Part shown: piece by piece, positions 62,262 through 64,000 of the stretch | How positions within the stretch are numbered: the first letter of the stretch is position 1 | Layout: each line of letters opens with the position of its first letter | Assembly: GCA_964016885.1 (NCBI GenBank) | Contig: OZ024742.1 | Span: 246,450,001 to 246,514,000, forward strand | Length of the DNA stretch: 64,000 bases | DNA from: Eledone cirrhosa | Lineage: Eukaryota | Reading direction: 5' to 3' | Notes under the pieces: generated by a model | Databases searched by the model: none | What the model was told of the DNA's origin: nothing | What the model saw: the letters and a program-made list of their open reading frames with translations, nothing else | Position numbers and translations under genes: made by a program

Positions 62262-62714
62262 AATAATTAATAAGTGTTAGTTTGTGTTTGTACTAATGTA
62301 TATATGTATGGATATATATATATATATACATATATTAAGCCTTTTATTATCACCATCCATTATATTATATTCTATATCGTACTGTAATTCTCGCATTATA
62401 TTACCATTTGTGTTTCAAGTTTTTGCATTATACAGTATTTGCAATGTGGGTTCAACATGTTACTCACTTCCTTGCTATTTGGTCTATATCTATATTTGTA
62501 ACTGCTCACTCTTAATCTTAGCAAACTTTTCCTTGATATCTTTTCTAAGCTTTAATAGATGTAAACTCCCTATTCTTCTGAGTTTTTGGCTTATATTGGC
62601 CGTTAGTGCTTCTTGTAGCTTTACTTGCCCTGATGAGTCCTTATTAATAGGACGAAATATTGTAGGCTAATAAAGACTTTTGATGTATTGAAGGCTTCTT
62701 TGTTTATTTTTATA

Positions 62715-62769
<55 letters not shown>

Positions 62770-62812
62770 ATGTAATTCAAAACACACTTCGTGTGTTTTT
62801 TATATATATTAT

Positions 62813-62894
<82 letters not shown>

Positions 62895-62950
62895 ACACAT
62901 ACATATATATGTATATATATATACATATATATATGTATATATATATATAT

Positions 62951-63064
<114 letters not shown>

Positions 63065-63066
63065 GT

Positions 63067-63613
63067 ATGAAAAATATGGGGAGAAGAATACTGCATGGTT
63101 ACACATGGATTACATATTATAAAATGAGACCCTCATCAGTGATTTGCCAACGATCATTGGTATTTCATCGCATTAAAAATCATATACCTGACGTTGGTGC
63201 GACAATAACTAAAATAAGTTATTGGGACAAGTGAAACGCGCAAAGCGAGTGAGACCAGTAAACAACACAGGGGAAAGCTAACCGAAGATGGAAAGAAAAA
63301 CAAGCAACATGGTTATTCTGTCAGCATAAACTGGGTGAATTCATGAGCATGTAAGAAACAGACCTTTCGCTAGTGAATTTGATGTGAGAAAGAAGGAAAA
63401 TCGGATTCGTAGCGAACTGGAGGAAGTGAGAAGGGGAGAAACAGAGAGTGAGTGAGTGGAAGTGCGAGGAAGAGGTCAGTAGAGAGAAAGTGTTAACTGA
63501 CATGACAGAGGGGACGAAAGAAAGTAAGAGAAACAGAGAGAACGAGGGAGCAGTAAGGGAGAAAGAGAGAAACATAGAATCGCAGTTTAGGTAAATATAT
63601 GAAAAATATGGGA
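63067..63613 (-). mobile_element. Diverged ~530-bp relative of the 27.0-28.6-kb non-coding element, with 15-bp terminal direct repeat; structured motif at 63125-63229
   Basis: Colinear similarity (cactcactca.tctctgt; ttctcacat; tca.ga.ttcac..agtttat; tgtcccaa…gcaccaac…gcgatgaaat…cactgatga); TATGAAAAATATGGG at 63067 and 63598. Confidence 0.75.
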
Positions 63614-63710
63614 TGTATATATATGTATATATATATATATATATACAAGTGCGTGTGTGTGAGTGTGCATGAGCCTCAGGTGTAAGCGTTTATTTATATA
63701 TATATATATT

Positions 63711-63778
<68 letters not shown>

Positions 63779-63915
63779 TGTGTGTTTGTATGTGTAGATG
63801 AAAATGTGCGATAATATACACATATGCTTAATTTTGATTAGAAGTATATATAACAATAACACCACATGAATATATGCCTGTAAACATCTAAACTCTAAAT
63901 GAATATGCAATCAAT

Positions 63916-63958
<43 letters not shown>

Positions 63959-64000
63959 CATTCACAGAAACACACACAAGTAGACACACACATAGAAACT

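Larger units (their letters stand above)
56477..62718 (-). mobile_element. Near-complete Naiad-type Penelope-like element: 5' pLTR 60995-61183, ORF, 3' UTR, 3' pLTR 56477-56665, plus inverted 3' segment 61188-62717
   Basis: Direct repeat of pLTR; 61188-62717 is the reverse complement of ~56578-58098 (mirror ORFs 56625/62284); (TA)n flanks. Confidence 0.93.

Overview
AT-rich, microsatellite-laden animal genomic DNA, most likely from a coleoid cephalopod (octopod), judged from the abundant tRNA-derived Meta/MESC-core SINE. No host protein-coding exon can be supported; essentially all real coding signal is retroelement-derived. Contents: (i) a head-to-tail array of three R4/Dong-type RLE non-LTR retrotransposons in (TAA)n tracts, one with an intact 1130-aa ORF; (ii) many Penelope-like elements (mostly Naiad-type with GIY-YIG endonuclease), including a near-complete copy and two kb-scale palindromes, with about 10 minimal hammerhead ribozymes in their pLTRs; (iii) Tx1/L1 and RTE fragments, one with a clean 5' inversion; (iv) about 20 SINE copies, a 38-bp minisatellite and many simple repeats. 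Best candidate for something new: a non-coding ~0.5-0.74-kb repeat element (27.0-28.6 kb, with a diverged relative at 63.1-63.6 kb). It carries all hammerhead catalytic-core strands in an order (NUH -> GAAA -> CUGAUGA) that is not a circular permutation of known hammerheads, and four helices show compensatory base changes between the two families. Second: the intact R4 copy carries a strand-biased excess of A->G changes (possible ADAR footprint). All structures were derived by eye and are untested.
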